Positions 1 through 10,300 of a stretch of 64,000 nt of DNA are shown piece by piece. Origin of the DNA: a virus. Lineage: Duplodnaviria; Caudoviricetes. The DNA lies in the IMG/VR virus record IMGVR_UViG_3300023435_000009. The stretch is one strand, 5' to 3'. The notes below the pieces were generated by a model, which did no database searches, was not told where the DNA came from, and saw only the letters and a list, made by a program, of their open reading frames with translations. Numbering within the stretch: position 1 is the first letter of the stretch; each line of letters opens with the position of its first letter. Both the position numbers and the translations under genes were made by a program.

Positions 1-768
1 ATCACTAAGGCTGTTGTTGAAGAGGGGCAATTCGACCTCAGCAGCATGGCGGCGGGCAGGAAGTTGGTTGGCATAGAGTTCCAACAGTCAGAGTACGAGG
101 GTCGGAACTTTCGAGCTAAGGTACTCTGGCGGGACCGTTACAAATGCACACGTTGTGGTTTTACCGAGTGGCTCCAGGCGCATCACATCAAACCAAAGAG
201 TGTGGGTGGGGGAAACTCCCCGAGCAATGGTATTACCTTGTGTAGAACTTGTCATAAGGAATTTCACGATGGGTTGTGGGCACTGATTGTCAGACCCAAG
301 CGGTTCCTCTACCCTGCTCATTTACAAGCAGGAAAGAAGTACCTGCGTGAGGGACTGCGTTCATGTGGCCTTGCCGTGAGCACCTGTTGTGGGTGGATGA
401 CTAAGTTATGGCGTAATACCATAGGCATACCCAAGGCGCACGATTTCGATGCTGTGGCGATGGTGTGCCGGAGCTACAGACCGACAATTACGAAAACGGC
501 ATACATAGTTATCCCTCGTCGAACCAAGGTGTGGGAGAACCATCCGACGAAGAAGTGCAATGAGCGTAAGGGATTTCGACATTGGGATTTGGTGCGTGCC
601 AAGCACCGAACTCGTAGAGTTGTTATAGGGTCCGTGCAAAGCCTGAAGGAGCATTGCCTGACGCTACGTACAGGATGGGATTCCGCTTTCCCTGTGGCTT
701 ACAGCAAAACCCGGTTGCTCTGGCGACCGAAAGGTTTGGTGTACATAAGCGCACTTGGACACGTTTGA
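1..768 (+). CDS. iscB: IscB RNA-guided nuclease (RuvC+HNH), 5'-truncated by window edge
   Basis: Frame open from base 1 (ITKAVVEEGQFDLSSM). Contains HNH CTRC..HHIKPKSVGG..NGITLCRTCHKEFH and RuvC-III AHDFDAVA. Closely similar to the C-terminal part of 32084-33346. Confidence 0.9.
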   Translation: MTKAVVEEGQFDLSSMAAGRKLVGIEFQQSEYEGRNFRAKVLWRDRYKCTRCGFTEWLQAHHIKPKSVGGGNSPSNGITLCRTCHKEFHDGLWALIVRPKRFLYPAHLQAGKKYLREGLRSCGLAVSTCCGWMTKLWRNTIGIPKAHDFDAVAMVCRSYRPTITKTAYIVIPRRTKVWENHPTKKCNERKGFRHWDLVRAKHRTRRVVIGSVQSLKEHCLTLRTGWDSAFPVAYSKTRLLWRPKGLVYISALGHV

Positions 769-845
769 CCAAGTGTTTCGTGGGGGATACTCTAGGACTG
801 TGGCCGAAACGATAACCAAGGCCGTGTGAACGTAGGTGGGCACTA

Positions 846-1607
846 ATGTACCGAAAGAAACTGGTCAATTTCCGGGGTCACCTGAAAACCCAGGATACTG
901 TGGAAGCGTTGGAAAGGCTTCTCGTACAACTGGATGAGAACAAATGGAAACCTGTTCTCATCCGTCCGTCCGCCGACATCCCCTGGGAGGCGGCATCCCT
1001 TGCTCCTGCGGGGCGGGAGGTGCAACTCAGGGTTGAGCATCCTGAGGCGGACGATCAGACCTGCCTGGAGGCCCTCTGGGGTCATGCCGTACCTATGGGT
1101 TTTACCCCCTGGCTTCGGTACCCCCAACAAGGGGAAGGTGCCGCTGTGTTCCACTACTTTGGACCCTGGCAGGTTCTCTTTGATAACCTCCTGGAAGCGG
1201 GACGTGGACACCTGGCATGGCCCTCTCTTTGTGCAGCCGCACAGTGCGACATTGGGACGTGGAAAGGGGACAAGGCTGACAACAGGTTCCTTCAGGCCCA
1301 GCTTCACCGAGTAGGCTTCTCGTGCGGACCTGTAGACGGGGTAGTGGGACCGATGACGCTCCGGGCGGTCACCGCTGCGGGGTTGAAGTCAATGTCCTCC
1401 CAACAGATGCTTGAACATCTCAGTCGAATGGAGCCACCCCAGGCACCCCGTCAAGCCCGTCAGATAGGCCACCTGGCCCTTCCAGGTCGTAAGCTGGTCA
1501 TCCACACCACCGGGAGCGTCAAGGCCACACAAACAACGCAGGGGGCCTCCCTGGCTGTGGATGGTGCAGGCCAACTTATCGTTGAGATCGGAGAACGTAA
1601 TGACTGA
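846..1607 (+). CDS. Peptidoglycan-binding domain protein, possible degenerate M15-like peptidase N-terminus
   Basis: FLQAQLHRVGFSCGPVDGVVGPMTLRAV matches the PG_binding_1 signature (DGxxGxxT). The N-terminal resemblance to M15 peptidases is weak. Confidence 0.55.
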   Translation: MYRKKLVNFRGHLKTQDTVEALERLLVQLDENKWKPVLIRPSADIPWEAASLAPAGREVQLRVEHPEADDQTCLEALWGHAVPMGFTPWLRYPQQGEGAAVFHYFGPWQVLFDNLLEAGRGHLAWPSLCAAAQCDIGTWKGDKADNRFLQAQLHRVGFSCGPVDGVVGPMTLRAVTAAGLKSMSSQQMLEHLSRMEPPQAPRQARQIGHLALPGRKLVIHTTGSVKATQTTQGASLAVDGAGQLIVEIGERND

Positions 1608-2199
1608 GCGAAACGCATCGGTAAACTGGGATAGAGTGTATGAGCTTTTGTATGGGCACCCGGCAGACAAGCCAAGGCCCAAGTACCTGGATACCATGTC
1701 GGGCCTGGCCAAGGACATCAACAAGGCATTGCTACACCGAAGCAAAGAGATCATTCGTCAGGTGACACTAGAGGCAGGCAAAGTAGGACTCATTCCCTAT
1801 TTGCAGTACGTGTTTTTTATCCTAATGGAACGGTCACGGGAATGGCCATCAATGTCCCGTGACAAAAGGGAAGCGCTGGAGGTGCTCCGCAGCATCCTTT
1901 CCCGATCAGGGAACACACCGACCTACACTGATGGTCTAAAAACGCCCCCCTCGCCTGCGGAACAGAACCTGGACAAGTTGCTCCTTCAGTTGGCTACCTG
2001 GGGGAGCACGGTTTTCCGGACATCCCTGAAGAAGGAGTACCTCAAGTTGGTACAGAATCACACGGCGGCAGTTCTCAGGGCAACACCGGGATTGGATGAA
2101 CGGATGGTCAGTGCGGTCTTTGAAATGGCGATCCGTAAGTACCCAAACGCTTTCCCCGATGGTCATTTCCTTTTACAGGTGTTTTCTACCCTCCTCTAG
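1600..2199 (+). CDS. Hypothetical protein
   Basis: Long ORF; the ATG at 1600 overlaps the end of the upstream gene. Confidence 0.6.
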   Translation: MTERNASVNWDRVYELLYGHPADKPRPKYLDTMSGLAKDINKALLHRSKEIIRQVTLEAGKVGLIPYLQYVFFILMERSREWPSMSRDKREALEVLRSILSRSGNTPTYTDGLKTPPSPAEQNLDKLLLQLATWGSTVFRTSLKKEYLKLVQNHTAAVLRATPGLDERMVSAVFEMAIRKYPNAFPDGHFLLQVFSTLL

Positions 2200-2237
2200 C
2201 TCCTTTTTCGTTCCCGGTTGAGTAGTACAGGAGGGAG

Positions 2238-5200
2238 GTGCCGATGGCGACGTCTGTGGCAAAAAAATCCCCGTACCAGTTGCTCCAGAAGATTCGCACC
2301 CGGACGGATCTGAAGCTCAAACCTCTGAAACATCTGAAGCCTACTTTCACGGACTTCAATGGGCAGGAACGGCCCTTAGTTGTCCGGTATTATCAAATAC
2401 AAGGAATCGCACATCTTGTTGCTATGAGGCAATTCCTGCTTGGTGACGACACGGGCTTGGGCAAGTGTAAAACGCTAGACTCCAGGGTGCTCACGAACAG
2501 GGGGTTGTTAGAGTTGGGTGCTCTTGCTCCTAAGGGGGACCTTCTGCCGGACAGCTTTTACCCGTTGGACCAACCCACAAGAGTTTGGACTGGACGTGCA
2601 TGGGCACCCGTGTCAAAGTTCTATTGCGGGGGGATCAAACCAATCAAACGGATTAAAACCCGTCGAGGATATGAAACAACAGGTTCGCTAGTACATCCGG
2701 TGTGGGTCCGGCATCCTGATGGGACGGAGGGTTTCGTTGAGATGAGGCACCTTCAGGTAGGGGACCAGTGCTGTTTAGACAGGTCCTCTTCTGAGTTCCC
2801 TTCATCTGAACCGTCAGTGCCAGTACCGACAGCAGATCAGTTTACTTCAAACACGACAGTCTATACTGTACCTGATAGGCTCTCACCTGAACTGGCCTGT
2901 TTGTTAGCCTACATAGTAGCTGAGGGGTGGACTAACTCTAGAATGGGTTTCAATGTATCGCAGAATAGGATGTTAAATCCAGAAACTCATGAGCACATCC
3001 GACAGCTTTGCCGGGATGTTCTGGGTTGGGACGGCAATGGGGGGGCCAAGAACAAGGATAGGGAGATTCAAATTAGTAGTGTTTATTTGCGGGCATACCT
3101 GGAGGGGGTAGGGGTTGTACAGGGTCGGTCGGCAGTAAAACAGGTGCCCTGGCCGATCTTTCAGGGAACCCAAAGTTCCGTGTGTGCCTTCCTCAGAGCC
3201 TATTTTGACAGTGAGGGTTTTGTTTCAAAGGAGGGGGTCATTGAAGTTAGTAGTGCTTCTCAAAAGTTACTTCAAGATGTCCAACTCCTCCTTCTCCGTT
3301 TCGGAATTCTAGCCTCCCGGTGTCCAAAACGAGTCAAAGGTTACGAGCACACCTATTGGCGATTGACTCTCTGTGGGAAGGATGCCCAATTGTTTGGGAC
3401 CGCCATTGGATTCCTGACCCCTCGAAAACAAGCAGCGTTGAAAGGGCAGTCGGATGTTTCCCCCAACGTCAATCTTGATGTTGTTCCCCATGCTCGGAAG
3501 CTGATAGAGGAACTCAAGCAAGAGATCCTAGCTCGTGTGACTGTGTCAGGAAGCAATGCCTCTCGACGGGGCAGTGGGATCAGACAGTTTGGAGTGTCTT
3601 TCGAAAAAACCCTGAACAACATACGCAATGGGGGACGGAGTCCTACTTACGAATTCATGGGCCGACTGTTGGAGGTGTCCCGCCAGGTGGGTGCCAAGAC
3701 CACCAAAGCGCATCATCAAACAAAGGCAGTTTGTGACCGGCATCTGTTTTACGACCCGGTGGAAACCATTGAGGAAGACGTTCAGATGGTGGCGGACATT
3801 GCTGTAGATGATCCGAGTCACGCCTTTGTGGCAGATGGCTTTATTAATCACAACACAATAGAGGCAATAGGTGCTCTTTGTTACCTTTGGGGGTCAGACC
3901 CTAATCTCAAGTCAATGGTGTTAACTACGAAGAGTTCCGCCCCACAGTGGGTCCGGGAGTTCTCAAAGTTCACCACGGGAATCAAGGTTGTCTTGTGTCA
4001 GGGCACCCCGGCGCAACGGGAAAAGGCTCGGAAGACGTTCGAGGAGTCCGATGGTCCCACCGTGATCGTGATGGGTTACCGGAGTGCCTTACAGGATTTT
4101 CGGCACATCCAGGATTGGGAGAAATACATCCTAATTGCGGACGAGTGTTTTGACTATTTCACCCCAATACAGTTGGCGGATGGGACCACTGAACTGATAG
4201 GTAGAGTCGTCACCAAAAGGATGCCAGTGACTGTTCTTTCTGAGAACCCCGACACAGGGGAGGTAGAACCGAAACGAGTTGTAGCTTGGCATCAAGTTCC
4301 CATCTGCAAGGGAAAACGGAAAGCTCTCGTCAAATTACAATTTCGGTTTTCCAAAAGTGTTCGGGTAACCCCAAACCATGAAGTGTATATTCCTGGGGGG
4401 CACACGAGATCAGTACAGCACTTAAGGGTGGGTCATTCCGTTAGACATCTCTGTTGTAAGACACCCACGGAGTTCCAGAAGCAGGTGATTTTAGGTGGCC
4501 TGTTAGGTGACGCTAGTATTTCATTCCCGAAAAGAAAATTGTGGGGTGTGGTTTTCGTTCAGTCAGCGTCTAGAGGAAGGTATCTGCGATTTAAAAGAGA
4601 TGTGCTTTCCTCATTAGGGGTTTCTAAGATTGATGACACCACCGCTGGGTATCAGCCCAAAACAGGAGTAAAAACTCCTGTTGAGCGCTTTCGTGTCAAT
4701 GGGAATGCAGCAGTCACATCTCTCCTGGTACAAGGTCGGGTTTGGAGAGAGGGAAAGAAACGAGTTACCAAGGATTGGTTGACTCATGTTGGTCCTTTGG
4801 GTTTAGCTGTTTGGTATGCTGATGACGGAAGTATTCAGACCTATCTGTGTAAGGACGGACAGACGACCCACACGATCACCTTACACACACAAGGTTTTTC
4901 TAGGGACGAACAGGAACTTCTGGCTGGGTGGTTATATTGGCGATGGGGTGTGAAGGCTGAGATTAAAACAACAAAGGAACGCTCTGACCGTAAGTCGGGG
5001 ATTCGTAAAAGTTACCCCTATCTGTATCTGCCAAAAGACGAGGCACAGAAATTCTTGGATCTACTACCCGGTTCCTTACCTGATGTGGAGTACAAGTTCC
5101 CAGGAAAAAGTCCTTTACAGTGGGCAGAAACGGAATTAACTCCAACTAAGAGTGTCGTGACTGACTGGATTACAGCCAAAGAAAGTTGGTCTCCTAAAAA

Positions 5201-6419
5201 CCCACACATTAAATACGTTTATGATATTGAGGTAGAGGACCACCACCGATACTTTGCTGGTGGGGGTGTGTTAGTTTCGAATTGTACGGTGTTTAAAAAC
5301 CCGGCCACCCAGGTTCATCGGATGTGCCGTCATCTGTCCACAAAGTCAGCCAGGATCTGGGCTCTTACAGCAACCCTGATCAAAAACAATCTGATGGAGG
5401 GCTATGGCATCTATCAGATTGTGGCTCCCGGTTTGTTTCAGTCCGGGGGCAGGATGATGAGCAAAAATCAGTTCATGCTCTATTTCTGCATTACCCGGAT
5501 GCAACAGATCCCCCGGTCCAACCGACAAATCCCCGTTATCGTGGGGTACCACAAGGACAAGATCAAGGAGTTCCGGGATCTCATTGATCCCGTGTTCCTG
5601 GGGCGTCCGAAACATGCCGTGGCCAAGGATCTCCCGGTTGTGGTGATGCGTAACATTGAGGTCGATCTAACAACGGCCCAAGAGGACAAATATATAGAGG
5701 CAAAGGGAGATCTTCTTCTGATTGGGGAGGGCACCAAGGTCACCGAGAAAGAGACGTCCAAGCTCACGGCCCTGATCTACCACCAGGAGATCGTGAACGA
5801 CCTGGGCCTCATCGGCATCACGGGCGAGTCCCCGAAGCTGGATGCCCTTGTGGACCTCCTGATCGAGGGGGACCTTGCAGACGAGAAGGTGATCGTTTAC
5901 AGCCGCTTCAAAAAGTTCGTGGACATCATCGTTGCCCGTCTCAGGAAGCACAAAATCAACACGGTGCGGATCACAGGGGACGAGAACACCGCCCAGCGTG
6001 ATGACGCTATGCAGGAGTTCCAGAACCCCGACTCGGATGTGCGTGTGGTGTGTTTGACGGCTGCGGGGGCGGAATCGATCAACCTTCAGGCAGCCAAGGC
6101 CCTTATTTGTATGGATACGCCCTGGTCAGCGGGCGATTTCCTCCAGCTTATCGGACGGATGATCCGTATCGGATCGACCCACGACCGTTGTTATGTGATC
6201 CACATGCTGGCCCGTGCAAAAGGCTTCGGGGAAACCGATACTATTGACCACGCCGTGATGAAAACACTCCACCGGAAAATGGTTCTCATCGAAGCGGTGC
6301 TCGGGAAGCGGCTGAAGGGAGTAGATGATGACGAGTTCGTGATCTCGGCGGACAACGACATCTCGGACCTTTTCACAGAGTTGAAGTCTACTCTTCAGGG
6401 TGGCGGAGGACCTGCATGA
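2238..6419 (+). CDS. SNF2-family SF2 helicase/ATPase with two inteins
   Basis: After intein removal: YQIQG..GDDTGLGK|T (Walker A), LIADE|CTVFKN (Walker B), LTATLIKN (III), EKVIVYSRF, AGAESINLQAA, QLIGRMIRIG (VI). Confidence 0.93.
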   Translation: MPMATSVAKKSPYQLLQKIRTRTDLKLKPLKHLKPTFTDFNGQERPLVVRYYQIQGIAHLVAMRQFLLGDDTGLGKCKTLDSRVLTNRGLLELGALAPKGDLLPDSFYPLDQPTRVWTGRAWAPVSKFYCGGIKPIKRIKTRRGYETTGSLVHPVWVRHPDGTEGFVEMRHLQVGDQCCLDRSSSEFPSSEPSVPVPTADQFTSNTTVYTVPDRLSPELACLLAYIVAEGWTNSRMGFNVSQNRMLNPETHEHIRQLCRDVLGWDGNGGAKNKDREIQISSVYLRAYLEGVGVVQGRSAVKQVPWPIFQGTQSSVCAFLRAYFDSEGFVSKEGVIEVSSASQKLLQDVQLLLLRFGILASRCPKRVKGYEHTYWRLTLCGKDAQLFGTAIGFLTPRKQAALKGQSDVSPNVNLDVVPHARKLIEELKQEILARVTVSGSNASRRGSGIRQFGVSFEKTLNNIRNGGRSPTYEFMGRLLEVSRQVGAKTTKAHHQTKAVCDRHLFYDPVETIEEDVQMVADIAVDDPSHAFVADGFINHNTIEAIGALCYLWGSDPNLKSMVLTTKSSAPQWVREFSKFTTGIKVVLCQGTPAQREKARKTFEESDGPTVIVMGYRSALQDFRHIQDWEKYILIADECFDYFTPIQLADGTTELIGRVVTKRMPVTVLSENPDTGEVEPKRVVAWHQVPICKGKRKALVKLQFRFSKSVRVTPNHEVYIPGGHTRSVQHLRVGHSVRHLCCKTPTEFQKQVILGGLLGDASISFPKRKLWGVVFVQSASRGRYLRFKRDVLSSLGVSKIDDTTAGYQPKTGVKTPVERFRVNGNAAVTSLLVQGRVWREGKKRVTKDWLTHVGPLGLAVWYADDGSIQTYLCKDGQTTHTITLHTQGFSRDEQELLAGWLYWRWGVKAEIKTTKERSDRKSGIRKSYPYLYLPKDEAQKFLDLLPGSLPDVEYKFPGKSPLQWAETELTPTKSVVTDWITAKESWSPKNPHIKYVYDIEVEDHHRYFAGGGVLVSNCTVFKNPATQVHRMCRHLSTKSARIWALTATLIKNNLMEGYGIYQIVAPGLFQSGGRMMSKNQFMLYFCITRMQQIPRSNRQIPVIVGYHKDKIKEFRDLIDPVFLGRPKHAVAKDLPVVVMRNIEVDLTTAQEDKYIEAKGDLLLIGEGTKVTEKETSKLTALIYHQEIVNDLGLIGITGESPKLDALVDLLIEGDLADEKVIVYSRFKKFVDIIVARLRKHKINTVRITGDENTAQRDDAMQEFQNPDSDVRVVCLTAAGAESINLQAAKALICMDTPWSAGDFLQLIGRMIRIGSTHDRCYVIHMLARAKGFGETDTIDHAVMKTLHRKMVLIEAVLGKRLKGVDDDEFVISADNDISDLFTELKSTLQGGGGPA
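2466..3854 (+). mobile_element. Intein with LAGLIDADG endonuclease in SNF2 Walker A (463 aa)
   Basis: Starts CKTLDSRV and ends FINHN, followed by Thr. LAGLIDADG-like motifs LAYIVAEG and RAYFDSEG. Confidence 0.93.
4146..5282 (+). mobile_element. Intein with LAGLIDADG endonuclease in SNF2 Walker B (379 aa)
   Basis: Starts CFDYFTPI and ends VLVSN, followed by Cys. Motifs GGLLGDAS and LAVWYADDGS; block F VYDIEVEDHH. Confidence 0.92.
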
Positions 6420-7336
6420 CGGATTACCCACAGGGGGATGGAACTCCTGATTGCCCAATTTGCAAAGGGCGTGGAGTAATCCCTCTGTCTATGGGATTGG
6501 ATCATCCCATAGACAGGACACAACCGTGCCCCTGCGTGATGGTGCGGGATGTAGCTCGGAACATTAACAGGGGGTGGAAGGGCCTCCTGTCCGCTGACCC
6601 CGTAGACCAGTCCCCTCTTCGAGGTGACGACCTTACCGAAAGCAACCTCAAGATCACAGGATCTCGCCCTACTTTCCGCAGTCACATGAAACATGTCGCT
6701 GCTCGAATGCCCCCGACCTGGGGTTTTCTCGTGGTGTCCGATGCGGATCTGATGGATGCCTGGTTGTCCTACAAGCTGGATGTCAAGGACGCTGACGTGG
6801 ATCAGATGCGACAGCGGGCTGATATCCAACGATATGATGCCTTGGTAGATCTTGTGGAACCCCCGGTCCTTCTGGTCCTTGTGTGCGGGGTCAAGGCTGC
6901 TCGGAACGAGGCGATGCCCGAGGTGTTGTTGGAGGCCCTGCGGCACCGGGAGCACCTCAACAAGGTGACCTGGGTGGTTGACTCGCCCTCGTATCCCCTG
7001 CAGGAAGGGCACATTTCGTACAGTCATTCAGTGGGGGAATTCCTGAGCGAGTGGGACAATCTGACATTGCCTGAGAAGACGGATGCGGCCTTCCCTGTGG
7101 TTCCCGGCGTCCCCTCTGGGGTAGTACCAACGACGAGGTCCCCATCCCGGACGAAACGCCCACCCATGCAGGAGGTGGCAGACGAGACGGCAGCAGCCTT
7201 TGAGGAGGAAGTTGCGGGGGGGTCACCTGTTAAGGTGGTTGGTCCCAGCCCCTTAGCAAATGGGACGTTCAGTATGCTGGATGGTACGGAGGGGGATGCC
7301 CCGGAGAAGAAGAACAAGTGGGGTAAAAAGCGATGA
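6416..7336 (+). CDS. DnaC/IstB-like helicase loader with degenerate ATPase motifs
   Basis: N-terminal CPICKG..PCPC zinc motif. The domain layout parallels DnaC/IstB, but the P-loop (GSRPTFRS) and Walker B (LLVLVCG) are degenerate. Coupled directly upstream of dnaB. Confidence 0.55.
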   Translation: MTDYPQGDGTPDCPICKGRGVIPLSMGLDHPIDRTQPCPCVMVRDVARNINRGWKGLLSADPVDQSPLRGDDLTESNLKITGSRPTFRSHMKHVAARMPPTWGFLVVSDADLMDAWLSYKLDVKDADVDQMRQRADIQRYDALVDLVEPPVLLVLVCGVKAARNEAMPEVLLEALRHREHLNKVTWVVDSPSYPLQEGHISYSHSVGEFLSEWDNLTLPEKTDAAFPVVPGVPSGVVPTTRSPSRTKRPPMQEVADETAAAFEEEVAGGSPVKVVGPSPLANGTFSMLDGTEGDAPEKKNKWGKKR

Positions 7337-10300
7337 AGGTTCTTCTCCGTTCCTGTTTTATGGTCGGTTCTGGCGACCCTAGAAAAGAATTGTACGATAA
7401 CTACTTCGTACTCCGCTCCTCAGGGTTGGAATTCAATACCAACGAAGATCAGGTGCTGTGGCGGCACGTCCAAGACTTTGTCAGGATGCACAACCACGTA
7501 CCGGACAACCTTTCAGTCCGCCATCACTTTGAACAGCTTCGGGAGGACGAGATCGTCAAGAGGCTGGCTCACCTGAGCAGTCTCCAGGTGATCACCCGAG
7601 GGGATTTCATCACCAGGGTGACGGATCTGGCCGAGGAACGTCGGATCCGTTTGGTCGGAGAAGTGCTCCAGGATGCTGCGGATATTGTCCGTGTAGGACG
7701 GGAGTTTCGTTCTGGTAAAGAAGTCCTCAAGCTCAAAGGCCCCGCCGCTGCCATCAAGTACATCCTGGACAAGAGCCACGACATCGTGGCCCCCACGTTG
7801 GGTGGGAAACTCAGCGGGGAGGTCACCAGGGACGGTACAGATTTCCAGGCCGAGTACAAAAAGATCGCTGAGAATCCTCGTGCGGGAGTTGGCCAGCATA
7901 CAGGCATCTTCCAGATGGATACGGCACTGAATGGAGCCAAGCGGCACGAGTTGTGGGTTCACGCCGCTTTTACAGGCGGGCTCAAGTGTGTAGCGGGAGA
8001 CACCCGTATTTTTGATCTTGCCACAGGAAAACTTCATACCGTTTTTGATCTGTATACCTTGGGACACGCCCCCCTTGTGCATACTCTGGATGAGAAAAGC
8101 TGGGAAATAACACGAGGACAAGCAAGTACCGTTGTTCAAAGTGGTGTGCGACCCATTTTTCGGATCACATCCAAATCGGGTAGGCAAATCAGGGTTTCCG
8201 GGAATCACCCGTTCCTGACACCTGAGGGTTGGATTAACGCTGAGGATCTCCAACCGGGTTCTTGGGTTGCAATGCCGGGGGGGATGCCGGGGTGCACTCT
8301 GCTGTCACCCTTCTCGGATGAAGAGATCGCACTCATTGGTTATTTGTTAGGGGATGGGCACATCAAGGATGACATTTCCTTTACTAATGGGAACCCTGAG
8401 ATACTGGATGACTTTGTTCGGTGTCTAAAGGCACTTGGTTACAAGGAGTATGCTGGGACTGTAAAGTCTAGGACTGCTAGTTTCCGTTTCATGGCTGATC
8501 GTCCGAGTAGTCGGATGATCCGGGTTTCAAAGTCTACCGGTAACAGTCCCAGACATCCTTGGACGTCTCCTCTTAGACTGACACTAGAAAGATTGGGGTT
8601 ATGGGGTTGCACATCAGGGGACAAACATATCCCCCTCGAAATGTGGCAGATGACGGACAAACAGGTGTGGGTGCTTTTAGCTGCTTTATGGGCTGCAGAC
8701 GGGACAGTTAGGACTGAGACATCCGGCAGAGGAAGGCGTCCTAGACCGAAAGCACATTACACGACAAAAAGCAGACGACTCGCCTGGGACATCCAAGCTC
8801 TTTTGCAACGAGTGGGTGTGTCCTCGACCATCGCTCCGATCAATGTTCTCTATCAGGGGGAGTACCGAAGATATTGGACTCTGTTAGTGACTACCAATGA
8901 GGGTAAGAGACAATTTCTGTCTCATGTCAGGATAGCAGGGAAGGGAGCTTTTGTTAAAGAAGCTCTTGCAGCAGTTTCTTCCAATGAGGGGACAGATTGG
9001 GTACCCCCTGCATTGCTCTCTGAGATAGATGACTCGGTAAGAGCTAAAACCCGCCAAGGGGGGTGGCACTATGCTCGACATGCTAAACGCAAAGGAGCGA
9101 TTCAACGTGACACCGCTGTTCGTTTAGCTTTGGCGTCAGCAAATCCGATAGCGCTTAAAAAAGTTCAAAGCACTATCCATTGGGATCGTTTGGTGGAGAT
9201 TGTTCCTGATGGGGGGGAGATGACGTATGACCTCTCCGTACCTGGTACCGCAAACTTTGTGGCTAACGGCTTCATTGTGCACAACTCGACCCTGATGTTG
9301 AACTGGGCATACAATCAGGCAATCTGGTACAAATGGAACTCTCTGATCTTCTCCTTGGAGATGCCCTATCAGCAGTGTCGACGTCTCTTGTACTCGATGC
9401 ATTCCTTCCACAGGAAGTTCGATGCAATCAGACACAAGATGGGGTTGCAAAAGGATCCCACCTCCGCCGTGGGCCTCCCCTACGTCAACATTCGAGATGG
9501 CACACTGGCCGAGTGGCACCCTGAGGCTGAGAAATTCTTAGAGGACTTTGTGATCCCGGACATGAACGGGATCCCCGTGATCAAGACCAAAGACCCCGAA
9601 ACGGGGCAGCCCTGGTTTTGTGACTACGGGAGGATCCACATCGAGGTGGCGGACCCGGAAAAAAGCGACTTCACCGTGATCGACATGCGGCAGAAAGCGG
9701 AACTGCTGTTCAGCCAAGATCCCTTCAGCCTTGTTTTTGTAGACCACGCCGGACTGATGGCCCCACGCAAGTGGGTTTCCAGCACCACCGACCGGCTGAA
9801 CGAGGTGATCCGGGATCTCAAGCGGATGGCAATGTCCTTTAACAAGGGTCAGGGTCTGCCCGTAGTGGCCCTGTTCCAGATCAATCGTGAGGGCTATCGT
9901 TCTGCGATGAAATCCAAGGATAAGGGTGGTGTGGCCCGCTATGATCTGACTCATTTGTCATATAGCAATGAGTGTTGTAAGTCCCTGACATTACTACGCT
10001 TTGCCCGTGGGGCCTTTCCTATCCGTGAAGCTGTGGTGGGAGACCGGGTCTGGTCCAATACCGGGTGGAAGGATGTGTTGGGGGTCTATCCTCAGGGAGA
10101 TCGGCCCATCTGGTGTGTTCAAACCGACAGAGGTTCTAAATTAGAATGTACCGCTGACCATCGTGTGCGGGTGTTCCGTGAAGAGCAACTCGAATGGGAA
10201 CAGGTGGAAAACCTGAAACCAGGAGACTGGTTGCTTGGTTCTCGTGGGGGATCCTTCCCAGAGGTGACTCCTGTACTTCCTGAGTCTTGGGGTAATACCG

